42,836 nucleotides of DNA, taken from contig JASVEC010000143.1 of assembly GCA_030770535.1 (NCBI GenBank), forward strand, positions 1-42,836, given 5' to 3'. Origin of the DNA: Batkoa obscura. Lineage: Eukaryota. Shown here one piece after another: positions 1-12,280 of the stretch. How positions within the stretch are numbered: position 1 is the first letter of the stretch; each line of letters opens with the position of its first letter. The position numbers and the translations under genes are program-made. The notes beneath the pieces are model-generated. The model was not told the DNA's origin and did no database searches. It worked only from the letters and a program-made list of their open reading frames with translations.

Positions 1-899
1 CTTTTGGATAAAGATCCATTCTATCACTTGCAATAAATCCTTCAAGGCGTATTCTTTTACCAATAATTTGAGTCAAGTTGTGTATTCCATCACTTTGTTT
101 ATCTTTATTATATTGTGAAATCATACCGCATACTGGAATACGACATTTATCATTAGCTACTTCTAATACAGCTTCAAGTGTTTTACCACCTACATTTTCA
201 AAATAGATGTCAATACCATTGGGACAATATTCTTTAAGAACTGGTACTAGATCATCATACTTTTGTAGTTGAAAGCAGCATCAAACTTTAACTCATTTAA
301 TAAATACTCAACCTTATCATCACTACCAGCTGATCCAACTACTCTTAATCCTAATTGTTTACAATATTGTCCAACTACTTGACCTACAGCTCCAGATGCA
401 GCTGAGATAAAGATAGTCTCTCCTTGTTTAATAGGTTCACAGATAGTATGCAATCCAACATAAGCAGTAGCTCCTGGCATACCAGTAATACCTAAGTAAT
501 AAGAGAGTGGGGTTTTTGATTCACGACCATTAGGGATCAAATTAGTCATGACTGCATCAAAAATTGAAGGTTTAGCCCAATTACCAAATGCAACTCAACC
601 TCTTTTTTATGTTTGTCACTTTGTAATCTTATTATTTCGGATATTATCCTACCAATAAATAGCTTTCTAATACTAAAAACTGGGAAATAACTTTTGATAT
701 CACCTTGTTTCATTTCTAATCAGATAGACGGGTCTACTGAGAGACACAAACTATGGACTAATAGTTTATCTTGAATTAATTCTATCTTTTCGAGATCAAT
801 TTTTTCTTTCATTATTTCAAAATGTTTATAGGAATTTAGTAAACCATCTGGATGAGCTTCATAAATAATTCTAGTAGTACTAATAGTGTTAATAGTCAT
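1..899 (-). pseudogene. Chimeric pseudogene of the NADP-dependent oxidoreductase (PTGR/alkenal reductase family); runs off the window start
   Basis: 1-546 is the near-identical reverse complement of the + strand copies, with one synonymous SNP near 48 and a 1-nt loss in the A-run near 261 causing a frameshift. 547-899 is a strongly diverged 5' part (MTINTISTTRIIYEAHPDGL...LSVDPSI*) with an in-frame TGA and a frameshift. Confidence 0.85.
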
Positions 900-1929
900 T
901 TTATGTTTTTAAATACTTTTAAAGTAAATGATACTTATATTTTTAATCTATATAACTTTTTCAATAAATATATGTAAGATGGCATTGATAATTATTTCAA
1001 TCAATTTCAGCTTGTTTAATTTGAAATTTACTATTTTAATCAAGAATTCTTTTTTAACCAATAGAAATTAAGCCACATCGGCTTTACTACTTAAATTGAA
1101 TTAAATACTCAATTACTATTTAGTCAGATTCATTAATTTTACTCATTATAAAATACTAGTTAGATATAATATTTTGCTATAAGACTTTATTCGATATTCT
1201 GTTATTGAATATTTTGAATTCAAAGTTCAATATTTTTCAAGCTTTTATTTCTCTAATAGACTAAAGTTACATGAAAATGCTTTATGTACTAGTATTTTAC
1301 TAATATTACTTTTTAACTTTTATACTACGTAAAAAATGACCAAAATGAAAAAACGTTAAATTTTTCAAATTTTAGACTTGAAGTATATAAATAATGCTAT
1401 TTTTAACTAGGTTTTTATACTCCGTTGTTTTGGTTTTATTCCATTGCTTTTGAAAGAATTGTTAATTTAACAACAATTATCTATAAATTGGGTTGTACTC
1501 CTATCAACAGTTAGCTTATTCTCAGCGTTACCGTATGTTATATAGCTATAGTGGGTTTAAAATAAAAAAATCAATTACAGGCTACCTTTTTTAATTGTGC
1601 GGTAGAAGATAAATGACGTCGATAATAAACTATTTTAAATTATTCTAAATAAGGAATGTAATACACAATCTAAGTAATTGTAAGGAGCTTCTTAATACAA
1701 AAAAATACCAACTACAATATATTGTATTAAAACAATCTAAATTTTATTCAATTTATTAGATCTTTTTTAAATAATAATAATAAAACAATTACTTTTACAT
1801 ATATATTAGTTGCCATTTTATCACTAACAAATTAATATCTAACATAAACATACAAAAAAAAAGATTACATTTTATTATCAACCATAGCAAATTAGAAAAT
1901 AAACAATCTTAAAGCCCTATTTTTTAATT

Positions 1930-2445
1930 TTAATCGACAATAATAGTATCTAAATATTTTTTCAATGCTAATTCGGTAGAATGAAAACTAGAAATCTCAT
2001 CTGATTTTGATATGAAATTAGTAGATACAAAAAACATTTTGTTATATTTCTTAGCTAATTAAAGATCATTAAATATTTAAATGTAAATAAATGAAACTTC
2101 CACTTACCTAATCTTTTACTTAACTGTATAGTATATTCATCTTGTACAATTTCACCTAATAGTAATGAAGAGATTGGGATGATATCCTAATTAAAAGTAA
2201 ATAAAACGTAAACAATTATCTCTTCAAATTTGTAAATTCTTAATAAAACTTACCTTAATGCTCTTCATAGATAAAGCTAAGTTATTAAAATTAGCATCAA
2301 TATGGTTACTTAGCCAGAGGAATAAACTTTCTTTTAACTCAATACATAATATAAATAACACTTCATCAGTTTCTGGATTTTTAATTATTTCTTTATAAAT
2401 TTTAGTTTCCGACGGTGTTTCTTTTCTTTTTAAATAATTAATCAT
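1930..2445 (-). CDS. PSMG4: Proteasome assembly chaperone 4 (PAC4/PSMG4/Poc4-like), 3 exons (~2445-2254, 2186-2108, 2054-1930)
   Basis: Spliced product ...ELKESLFLWLSNHIDANFNNLALSMKSIK-DIIPISSLLLGEIVQDEYTIQLSKRL-AKKYNKMFFVSTNF... follows the PAC4 pattern SLFLW..NLA.AM..IP.S.LLG..LA.RLA.K.K.FVS.N. Introns are GT-AG. Confidence 0.8.
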
Positions 2446-2594
2446 TGGAATTGAATATTTGAAAATTAAAATCAAAAAAGTAGAAAATTAAAAAGATGAG
2501 AAAACGTTAAAACTTATAACTTTAAAACTTACGTTTTTTTATAGAAAATCGAAATTAAATATTTTTAAATTTTTATACAAAGTAAAGTAAAATA

Positions 2595-2982
2595 ATGAGA
2601 GTTCTTAGTGCCTATGAAGAAACTGAAGTATTAAATGAAGTCAAAAAAAGAGCTAGAGAATATTGTTTCAAAGAAATTGAACGTAAGCTTTTAACATGAA
2701 ATAACAGATCTGCTATTAATATGTAAAAAATCAAAACATAGAGTTCGTTGATTGTGCTCGTGGACGTACATTTTCTGTTGTCTGGACTTGTAGAAAAGAG
2801 TTTAATATAATGAATTCATGTACTGAAAAATTGTAAGTCTCATCATTTTTATTTCATAGTAGTACTAAACATTAAATATTAATCAAAATCAATCAATTTT
2901 TAGTACAAAACCAAATGCAGTGGATGCGGTACGTATTGAGTATATTAAAAATAAAATGAATGCCAAAAAAGAGCAAAGTTAG
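2595..2982 (+). CDS. CMC1: Twin CX9C mitochondrial COX assembly protein Cmc1-like, 3 exons
   Basis: Spliced MRVLSAYEETEVLNEVKKRAREYCFKEIEQFVDCARGRTFSVVWTCRKEFNIMNSCTEKF... has two CX9C motifs and the GRTFSVVW.CR signature. Not in the ORF track. Confidence 0.85.
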
Positions 2983-3087
2983 AATAGATAAATAAAATTA
3001 ATCCATTAATAAAATTTATAAAGTTAAATCTTTTAAAACAAATTCCATTTGTAAGTATTTATTTCTATTCCCCTTTCAATCGCTTTT

Positions 3088-3819
3088 TTATCTAGCTTTG
3101 AAAAAGGTATAACTTAACGAAATAGTATCCACATTTTTCAATATAATATCATCCAAAAAGTCAGGATCAATAAAAAAGAAGATGGGCATATCCACCTCTT
3201 CTCCAGCCTGCAGCTTTTGTTCTTCAAAACAAAAACACTGGATTTTATTGAAATAAATACCCGCCTGTTGAGGTACCACATTATATGTCGACACACCAAT
3301 GATATCTTCATCCGCCAAATTTTTTGCTGTATAAAAAGCTAAAGCAGATTCCCCAGGAACAACAGTAATTTCTCTTTGTTGTGGTGTAAATTCCCAATTC
3401 AAAGAATCCGACATGGAACTTGTAAATCGAATTTTTAATTTTTTACTATCTCTTACTGGCTTCATGTTCTCAGGTTCAAATTTTTTCTTTGTGTGTAACA
3501 GGAGTACCTCCAATCCCAGTGGCTGCACAAAACATTCGATATAAAGGAACTGAAGCGTAAGTAAAACCAATAAAAACTACAATCACCGAAGTTGCGTAGA
3601 GTAAGGAATCGGTGATACCTTTTTTTTGTTCAGCGGTTGTGCGATGCATGCGTTCTTTCATGCTTAGAATGTTACGTTTGGGAGTTACATTGTGTAATAA
3701 GGGATTGAAGAGATACTGTTGAATGGTAAATATATTAATGTTTAGTCAGTGATTATAAATAAAGGAATTACTTTTTTACTTGTAAGTTGAGATTGTATTA
3801 TACTCTTAAATCTAAACAT
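3088..3819 (-). CDS. COX11: Cytochrome c oxidase assembly copper chaperone Cox11 (2 exons; apparent 1-nt frameshift near 3481-3486)
   Basis: YASVPLYRMFC transmembrane motif and YFNKIQCFCFEEQ copper motif. The two ORF-track ORFs join if one A is removed from the homopolymer (HKEK-FEPENM). Exon 1 (3819-3772) resembles a mitochondrial presequence. Confidence 0.92.
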
Positions 3820-4002
3820 CTTGTATTTTTTTTGAGTTTTAATAAAAATGGAAAATTACAGTATCAATAATAGTATTAAAGTTCAAATAATTAGAATTAA
3901 ATTGATTTGATTTGATTTGATAGAACAAAACTTAGAAAATAATAGAATCGTATCATTCAAACTAATTGAAAAATAAAAGTTTATTTTTTTTAACTTCAAC
4001 AA

Positions 4003-4670
4003 ATGTATTACTCTTTATATATCATTAATAAAGCAGGTGGTTTAGCTTACCAGAAGGATTTTGAAAAAAAGTTAAATAATTTATCAAGTAATGAATATCT
4101 TGTTTTAGCTGGTACTTTTCATGGGTAAGATAATAAATTTAACTTAATCAAATTTAAAATAAATTTATAATTATTGATTGCTTTAGAGTACATGCCATTT
4201 CTTCTAAAATATCACCAATACCTAGTAACTCAGGTATTAATTCGATTGAAACTTCCAAATTTAAATTAGCTTGTTTTCAGACTTTAACAGGTAATTTATT
4301 GTTATTTTATTTTTATAGTTGTCATTTAAGGACGTAGTTTTAATTTCATTTATTGTTTATTTCTTATCTGATATATAATTTGAATGATAATTGATTCAAA
4401 TATTAAAATTAAAAATATAATATACGTTATTGTCTCCCTTCTACTACCTATAGTGACTAATATCATTTATTTATTTATTATTATTTTAAATTAGGTACCA
4501 AATTCTTATTAATAAGTGACCCCTTACAAAAAGGAGAAAAAACAATGATGAAAAGAATATATCAACTATATACAGATTATGTATTAAAAAATCCATTTTA
4601 TACTCCTGAAATGCCCATACGTTCCGATTTATTTGATAAAAAATTATTTTCATTAATATTTGAAAACTAA
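4003..4670 (+). CDS. TRS23: TRAPP complex subunit Trs23/TRAPPC4, 3 exons
   Basis: MYYSLYIINKAGGLAYQ...SSNEYLVLAGTFHGVHAI...FQTLTGTKF...YTDYVLKNPFYTPEMPIRSDLFD. Confidence 0.93.
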
Positions 4671-4777
4671 ATTATATAATAAATTATTTACATTTTTACT
4701 ATATCATATTGGAATAAGAGAGTGTATTATAATGAAATTAGAACAATATTAGAATAACGTTTTATTTTATTTTTATA

Positions 4778-6362
4778 TTATAAATTCGGTAATATATTGT
4801 TCTTCCAGTGTTCAACTGCATCCAAAGATAAATTAATAGAAGGATGAATTTTTTTTAAACCTTCAAATTCATTTAATGATAAGCCAGTTAACCCCATATA
4901 AGAATGAAGTAAATCTAAACAATAAAGTATTAATAAATGTTATATTATATTATAGACTATTATATATTGTATATTGTGAACTATTAGATATAATATTTAC
5001 CTGGGAATCCACCTGGATATTTTGAAAATCCACCTACTTTAGTTTGAGTACTAAATAAAAAGTTTTGATTTAATTTCTTATTTATTAAAAAATCCGCTTT
5101 AAGCATCTAAAAATAAAATACTAGTATATACAATTATATTATTAATATAAATTTAATTTTACGTTCAATGAAGCTCCAATCCAAAAAGAATAGCAAGTAT
5201 CATCTGGTTTATTTAATCTACCATGAAATCCATTATTTTGTCGATTTAAGCACCATTTAATTAGATTCTCTTTATCATTAATAATACTATCCATTTTATT
5301 AATTAAATGCAATGCTGCTAATCCACAATATGTTGATCCACCTTGATAGCATTTAATTATTATCTATATTACAATGTAATAATAATAATGAATTACCATG
5401 AGATTCTAAATTAGGTCCTTGTGAGATAGCAAAATCATATGTCTATAAAGTGTAAATTAATACAACTGATAATATCTTTATAAATAAACTCTACTTGACT
5501 ATTTTTAATATAGTTTAATGCTAATTCCACATCAAAGCCAGTAAAATCATTCAATAGATAACTAACTACAAAAGCACAATAAGTGAATCTTAAGTCGGAT
5601 TCTTTGCTACCATAAACTGGAACAAAACTAATTTAAACATTATTAATATTAATAAAAATTTACATTAATATAAATAAATGTAAAGTTACCTTCCATCTTC
5701 CTGTTGTAAATATTTCAATGAATTAATAATACTTTTTTTATCCACTCTAGCAAAATCATCTTTTAATATTATTAAGATTGTTAATGCTGTATATGTCATA
5801 GCTAAATTTGCTTGATTGTATGGAATTAATTTAGTTTGCTATTTTAATTTAAGCATGTATATTAATAAACTTAGTCAAATTATTTACTTTCTCTTTCAAT
5901 TCAATACCAGTATAATTAGAACCTCTAAAGCCACAGTATTTTATACTGTCTTCTGTTGCAAAAAAACATGTGAATAACATACTGCTTAATTTATATATTA
6001 TCAAACTAAAATAAACTTACCCTTTCCTTCTACTTCTATTATTTGTTGTTCATAAACCCAATCAATAATTTGCTTTTTTCTATTATCATCAACATTGTTT
6101 TCTAGTTTATTCAATACATCTAAGGACGATAAAATGAAATAAATTAAAGTCATACTAAAATGATACAATAAGAAATATGCTATAAGATATTTTGTATTAT
6201 TATAAGATGAAAATAAGATTACCGATTAGTATCTGTTGAACTATAAGCACTAGGTAGACAATCCAAACATCTTTTAAAATAATTTTCATGCATTTTTAAT
6301 TCAAATTGCGGCTTTTTTGGTTCATCTTGTTGCATTTGTTGAATATCACTAATTTCACTCAT
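4778..6362 (-). CDS. CDC43: Geranylgeranyltransferase type-I beta subunit (Cdc43/PGGT1B), multi-exon
   Basis: Exon translations YFKRCLDCLPSAYSSTDTNR, ANLAMTYTALTIL, ESDLRFTYCAFVV, ESHGGSTYCGLAAL, GFHGRLNKPDDTCYSFWIGASL, GGFSKYPGGFPDLLHSYMG match prenyltransferase beta repeats of the GGTase-I type. Confidence 0.88.
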
Positions 6363-6550
6363 TTCTATAGTAAACTATAATAATAAAAAGACTTTTAAAT
6401 TTTTTTTCTTTATGATTGCCTTTTTTAGTCAAAGGTTATAGGTTTTAAATTAAGCTATCAAATCAATGACGTTCCATTAAATTTAATTAAAATTTTTAGG
6501 AGTTTATAACTTTAACAGTCAGATAAAAAATTCTTTTTTAATATTAAAAA

Positions 6551-9500
6551 ATGGACACAGAAATTAAAGAACAAGAATCAGCTATGAATCAAGACAATTT
6601 TTTACATATATTAGTAGTTGGATTGTAAGTAAAAAAACAATAATTAAAAAATTCATACCCCTCCTCACCCATTCTATATTAACCTTCATTCCTTCTCTTT
6701 AGTCACCATTTAAAAGGCCCAGTAATTGAATATGCCTATCCTTCAATACCAGGTTCTGAAACAAAAACATATTCTACTACTCCATCAGAATCAATTGAAG
6801 ATAAAAGATTAACTGAGGAGAGTTTATCAGATACTAATAATAATACTTATATTCAATTACCCCAAAATTGGTCCTTTTTACCCTTTGCTGCTTTACCTGG
6901 TAAGTTTTTTAATATTAAATCTGGCTCTTTGTTTGTATTATAAAAGGGCCAATTGAGAGCTGATGAGTTTTATAAATAAGAGAATTTATTAATTAGAATA
7001 TAATATTTTTAGATGGTTCTCATCAAAGTAATACAGGCAGTAGTTTTTTCACATTACCACCATTGGACGTACAAGAAAAAGCATATCAACAAACTTTATT
7101 TGCCATTTCTAAATTTCAACAAATTGAAACAGAAGTAATTTAAAATAACCGATTTTAATAATTTAAGCTCATTGTTTTATTATTAGAAAATTATTAATAA
7201 AACTTCGGATATGAGTCGCTCCTTTGTTCAAAAAGCAATTGTTGTTATTACTAAAAACGTAAATATTTAATAGTAGTAATGTAAACTTTGATGTGTTTAT
7301 TAATATTATATTGTTATTAATTAGCCTACAATTGGTATTGTTAATGAAAAATTAAGCCAAGTTACTATGGCTTATTTTGAACAATTGGATTTTGCTAATT
7401 TAGATATATTTAAAGTAAGTAATTATTATAAATAAAAATAAAAATAAACAAATGATAGCTATTAATATTTTTTATAGGAATTTTTTACATCGTTAAAAAA
7501 TATTAAATATTTTGAAGATGTAGATGATGATATTTTGTATTCTGGTAAATAATAATGATAATAGTAACTGATTTTATAAACATAATTAATATAATTAATT
7601 AGGTTTACCAATTCCCGAGTTTATTAAAAAATTTGGTGAAAATAGTTTAAAACTATTAAAATTATTATTATTACAGAAAAAAGTAAACTACTTAGTAACA
7701 TATTATTATATATATTTATTCAGCTATATTTATCTAGGTATTGTTTTATGGTACTATGATGGAAAAAGTGGGCTTATATCAATTCTGTTTACTATCTTTA
7801 TTGGGTGGTAAGTCACTAAAATAACTAATTAAAAAGTATATTAAAGAAATTAAATTTAAACTTCATATCAGATACAATGAGACATTTAGCTGGCTCTGCT
7901 TCCGTAGAATATTATGATTTAAAGTTAAGGGAAAATAATGAAAAATTAAAAGAGAGCAAAGAGATATCAGAAATTATTAATAATTTTAATCCACCTATTT
8001 TCGATGAGGTAAGTTTAATTTGATTTAGATTGTATTATATTTTAATATTTTAATATTTTAATGGGATTTAATTAAGATTTTTAATATTTGATTAGTATTG
8101 TGTATTTCAACCTTGTTTAACTTTACAACAATTTGATGAATTTTCTTCAAGTATTGGTGAATCAAACACAAAATCCTTTTTAGTTGGTACAACAAATCAG
8201 TTGTTTGAACTAAAATCTGATTTTTATGATGTTAGAGTAGATGTAAGTTGTTAATTATAATAACACTATTTTGTGTTTTATTTGTTTTAAAGTTTTTATC
8301 ATTAATTTTACCAATTATATTCTTAGGTAGATACAGGAGAAATTAAACTATTTGATAACAAATTAGAAGGTGTATTAAACTTAACTTCGGCAGACATTAA
8401 ATTTATGAATGAATTACTATTAGCTGCTAATCAACATTCAAGTAATTCAGTATCAAATGGTAAATTGTTTTTTGTTATACGTTGTAATTTGTTTTTTTGA
8501 ATTAATTTACTGTTTTTAATAGAATCTTCTTTTGTTGGCTCCGATACTTATTTGAGACAAAAATATTTTATTTATTATCAATCATTAGCAGCATCTGTAC
8601 TTTATTCACAAAAATTAAAATTAAAAGCTCAAGTTGATACCGAATTTAAAGAGGAATACCAAGATAGAGGTAAGAAAATATTCAATAATTAACAACAATG
8701 ATATTTTATAATGAGACTAAGAACCTGGGTTTTAATTATTTATGCTAATATTTATTATTGTTATAGTTACTTCTATATTGGATGAATTTAATTTAGATTT
8801 TGTTAACTTATGGGCAAAAGCACCCAATTTTAAATCTTTAATTCAATATATCACAAAAGATTCTATGTTTGAATTGGATATTGATACTTTGGGGTAAGTT
8901 TATATTATATGAACATTATTTGATATTCATTTTGTAATTGTTTGTTTAACATTAACTCTTTTTGTTTAGTCATCCTGGTCATGGTGCAACTATCTTTGAT
9001 AGTATTCAAATTAAGCTAGCTAGGTAATTATCATTTAAAATGTTGTAATTAGTTAATTAATTCCTTATTTTAGTCAAATAAAAAACATTAAACTAGAAGA
9101 AAATTTAACTCCAGTAGTGCAAAAACTAGGTCAAGCTGGTGAAAGACTATCAAAAGTATTTTGTGAGTTTTATTATACTATTTAAATTAGCTCTTCTTTA
9201 TTAATGCCCTTTTTTATTTACCAGCCGGGCTTTATCATGACTTACAAAATCCTGTTGGTGGAACTGCAACTGCGATATCAACAGAGGGCAAATCTCAAAG
9301 GGATATTGAAAAGAAAGAAGAAATTGGAAGCCCTGCACCATCTACTACCACTGGTACTAATGAAACCCTCAAAAACACAACACAACAAGCTCAAAAACTA
9401 ATGTCTGGGTTTTCATCTTGGTTTCAAAGTGCCAAAAAACAAGTATCAGCTCAAATTGTAAGTTCTATTTGTTTATTATATATTTTAAATAAATAATATT

Positions 9501-10114
9501 AAATTAACTAGGAATCTTGGGAAATTGTACAGCCTGAGACTGGGACAAGTGGTACCGAAATGGAAGAAAAAACAAACGTAACGGGCAAAAACGATGTGTT
9601 TGCTAAATCAAAATACTATTCAGATAATAAAATGAATAAAGGGGAAGAACATAATAGGCTTGAAAAGGGTGATGAGAAGGGACCAAAAAACGATAAAGAG
9701 AATACGACTATGAATCAATCAACTAAAGAAAAAGAGAAGCCTATTGAGAAAGAAGAAAATGAGGAAAAGAAGGAAGTTATCAATGATCAACCAAGGGAGG
9801 AAAAGAAGGAAATTGTTGAAAAAGAAATAAAGGATGGGAAGAAAGAAACTGCCAAAGGTGATACAAAGGAAGAGAAAAAAGAAGCTGTTGAGAGCGATAT
9901 AAAGAAGGAGCAAGAAGTTAAAGAACCGACTGTAGAAGAAAAGAAAAAGGAAGAGGGAGTAAAAACTAAAGAGGAAGAAGAGGAAGATACGAAAAAAGAG
10001 GAAGAAGAGGAAGATACGAGAAAAGAAGATGAAGTGGAAGAAAAAGAAATTTCTGATACTAAAGGAAAGAATAAGAAAGGGAAAAAAAACAAAAAAGACA
10101 ATAAAAAGAATTAA
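6551..10114 (+). CDS. AVL9: Late secretory pathway protein Avl9 (DENN-related), many exons, with a long Lys/Glu-rich C-terminal exon
   Basis: HILVVGF-HHLKGPVIEYAYP, WSFLPFAALP-DGSH, SRSFVQKAIVVI, LKLLLLQKK-VLFYG, FVGSDTYLR. The ORF at 9560-10114 lies within the last exon (acceptor near 9511). Confidence 0.85.
9971..10030 (+). repeat. 27-bp tandem coding repeat (EEEEEDT(K/R)K x2) in the AVL9 tail
   Basis: gaggaagaagaggaagatacga(a/g)aaaa occurs twice. Confidence 0.8.
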
Positions 10115-10802
10115 GAAGAAAAAGAAGATGAATTAAAGGAGGAGAAAAGAACCCCGAGTACACAAATATGATTGATATAGTAGGGTTTAATAAATTATAT
10201 TTATAGGAAGTTTATGAGTTTTTTATTTGTTAATTAAAGTCTTATTAAATCAAAGTAATAATGCTATAAATTAAATTAATAAAAAAGTATTAGTTCAATT
10301 ATGTTAGATTATCAATTTACAATGAAATTATAAAATACTATTAACAATATAAAAAATTTTGTTTCTTTAAAACCTGTTGATATTATAAAAAGTTTTATTG
10401 ATATAAAAATTTACTATCCAGTTAAAAGATTTATTTGTATAAACCTAACTAATAATATAAAAAACCTTGTATCATTAATAAGATAAATCTAAAATCAGAG
10501 GTTGTCTTATCTACTTAAAATAGCTAAGAAAATACAGTTCTTTAGTTCTTTTCTTGAATATTTAGTTGTTCATTTAGAAATAAAATTTTCGCTAAAATTT
10601 ATCAAACTACAAGAGCCCACGGCTTTAAAATGCATTTTAACAAACTATAGAAGACATCAAAAATTTACAGAACTGCGACAGTCGTATTTTTGATGTAATC
10701 AAAATGAATAAATTTCAAATAATTTCATCATAATTTAGATTCAGATTGATGAAAGATTATGAGATTATTAGAACAGTATGTTTATAAATGTTCCAGAAAA
10801 GA

Positions 10803-10810
10803 GTATATAA
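10803..10810 (+). promoter_or_regulatory. TATA-like GTATATAA upstream of PTGR copy 1 (also at 13993, 18691, 20270, 27633, 39022)
   Basis: Same octamer about 45-100 bp upstream of the ATG of each intronless gene. Confidence 0.55.
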
Positions 10811-10855
10811 ACAAAGCTCAATAATTCATTTTTAATTATATCTGTTTATAAAAAT

Positions 10856-11899
10856 ATGGTCAATAATACAAAAGTAGTTTATAAAGCCTGTCCAACTGGA
10901 TTACCAAATGCTAGTGAGAATTTCGAGATTGTTAAAGAAGAGCTTGATCTTGATAACATAGAACTATCCCAAGATAAATTATTAGTTCGCAATTTATATA
11001 TCTCTGTAGACCCTTATATGCGTTTAAGAATGAGACCAAGTGATATTGAAAGTTATTTCCCTGCTTTTAATGTTGGTGAGTCAATGAATGGTGGTATTGT
11101 ATCAGAAGTAGTAAAGTCCCAACATAACAAGTTTAAAAAAGGTGATATTGTATCTTCATTTGGTGAGTGGGCTGAATACTCGATTGTCGATGTAGCTGCT
11201 ACTAATTTGATCCCTAATGGTCGTGAATCAAAAACCCCACTCTCTTATTACTTAGGTATTACTGGTATGCCAGGAGCTACTGCTTATGTTGGATTGCATA
11301 CTATCTGTGAACCTATTAAACAAGGAGAGACTATCTTTATCTCAGCTGCATCTGGAGCTGTAGGTCAAGTAGTTGGACAATATTGTAAACAATTAGGATT
11401 AAGAGTAGTTGGATCAGCTGGTAGTGATGATAAGGTTGAGTATTTATTAAATGAGTTAAAGTTTGATGCTGCTTTCAACTACAAAAAGTATGATGATCTA
11501 GTACCAGTTCTTAAAGAATATTGTCCCAATGGTATTGACATCTATTTTGAAAATGTAGGTGGTAAAACACTTGAAGCTGTATTAGAAGTAGCTAATGATA
11601 AATGTCGTATTCCAGTATGCGGTATGATTTCACAATATAATAAAGATAAACAAAGTGATGGAATACACAACTTGACTCAAATTATTGGTAAAAGAATACG
11701 TCTTGAAGGATTTATTGCAAGTGATAGAATGGATCTTTATCCAAAAGCATTTGAGATATTTGGGAAATATTTAGGTGAAGGTAAAATGAAATACAAAGAA
11801 CATATTACTGAAGGTATTGAAAATCTGCCAACTGCTTTTATTGATATGTTAGAAGGTAGAAATTTTGGTAAAGCTTCAGTAAAAATTACGGATCTTTAA
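10856..11899 (+). CDS. NADP-dependent oxidoreductase, MDR/PTGR (alkenal/2-enoyl reductase) family, copy 1, intronless
   Basis: SVDPYMR, GMPGATAY.GL, ISAASGAVGQVVGQ, GIDIYFENVGG, CGMISQYN and G.NFGK motifs. Confidence 0.95.
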   Translation: MVNNTKVVYKACPTGLPNASENFEIVKEELDLDNIELSQDKLLVRNLYISVDPYMRLRMRPSDIESYFPAFNVGESMNGGIVSEVVKSQHNKFKKGDIVSSFGEWAEYSIVDVAATNLIPNGRESKTPLSYYLGITGMPGATAYVGLHTICEPIKQGETIFISAASGAVGQVVGQYCKQLGLRVVGSAGSDDKVEYLLNELKFDAAFNYKKYDDLVPVLKEYCPNGIDIYFENVGGKTLEAVLEVANDKCRIPVCGMISQYNKDKQSDGIHNLTQIIGKRIRLEGFIASDRMDLYPKAFEIFGKYLGEGKMKYKEHITEGIENLPTAFIDMLEGRNFGKASVKITDL

Positions 11900-11995
11900 A
11901 ACAACCAAAATAGCTTAATAAAATATTATATGCTTGAGACTTTACAGCTTTCTTATTTAGTATTTTTTAGAGTTTTTATTTTTTATTGTATGAAG

Positions 11996-12080
11996 AAGGA
12001 TGTATTTTTGTGTTTAAGAATTTACTAATTTTTCCACTCAAATAGCCCTTAAAAGATAGAAAATGAATTCAAAATACGCT
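11996..12080 (-). mobile_element. ~95-100 bp MITE family copy (degenerate; orientation B, arbitrarily '-')
   Basis: aggatgtatttttgtgtttaagaatttactaatttttccactcaaatagcccttaaaagatagaaa. Confidence 0.7.
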
Positions 12081-12178
12081 TATATATTAAAAAAAACTCA
12101 ACTACTGCTTTGTTTTTTGAAATACTTACTATGTACCATTCTCCTACTTTTATTTAACGTATATATTTGTAAATATAT

Positions 12179-12277
12179 GAAGATGTGTTTTTGTGTTTAA
12201 GAATTTTACTAACAAAATTTCCGCTTAAATAGCGATTAAAAAATGGAAAAAATAATGAAGTCAAAAAAAACACTCCC
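12179..12277 (-). mobile_element. MITE family copy (B)
   Basis: gaagatgtgtttttgtgtttaagaattttactaac...gaagtcaaaaaaaacactccc. Confidence 0.8.
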
Positions 12278-12280
12278 ACA

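Noticed and set aside
9204..9401. 65-aa ORF
   Set aside because: Alternative frame overlapping an AVL9 intron and exon.
9719..10101. Minus-strand ORFs of 64 and 104 aa rich in F/S/L
   Set aside because: Antisense shadows of the purine-rich K/E exon of AVL9.
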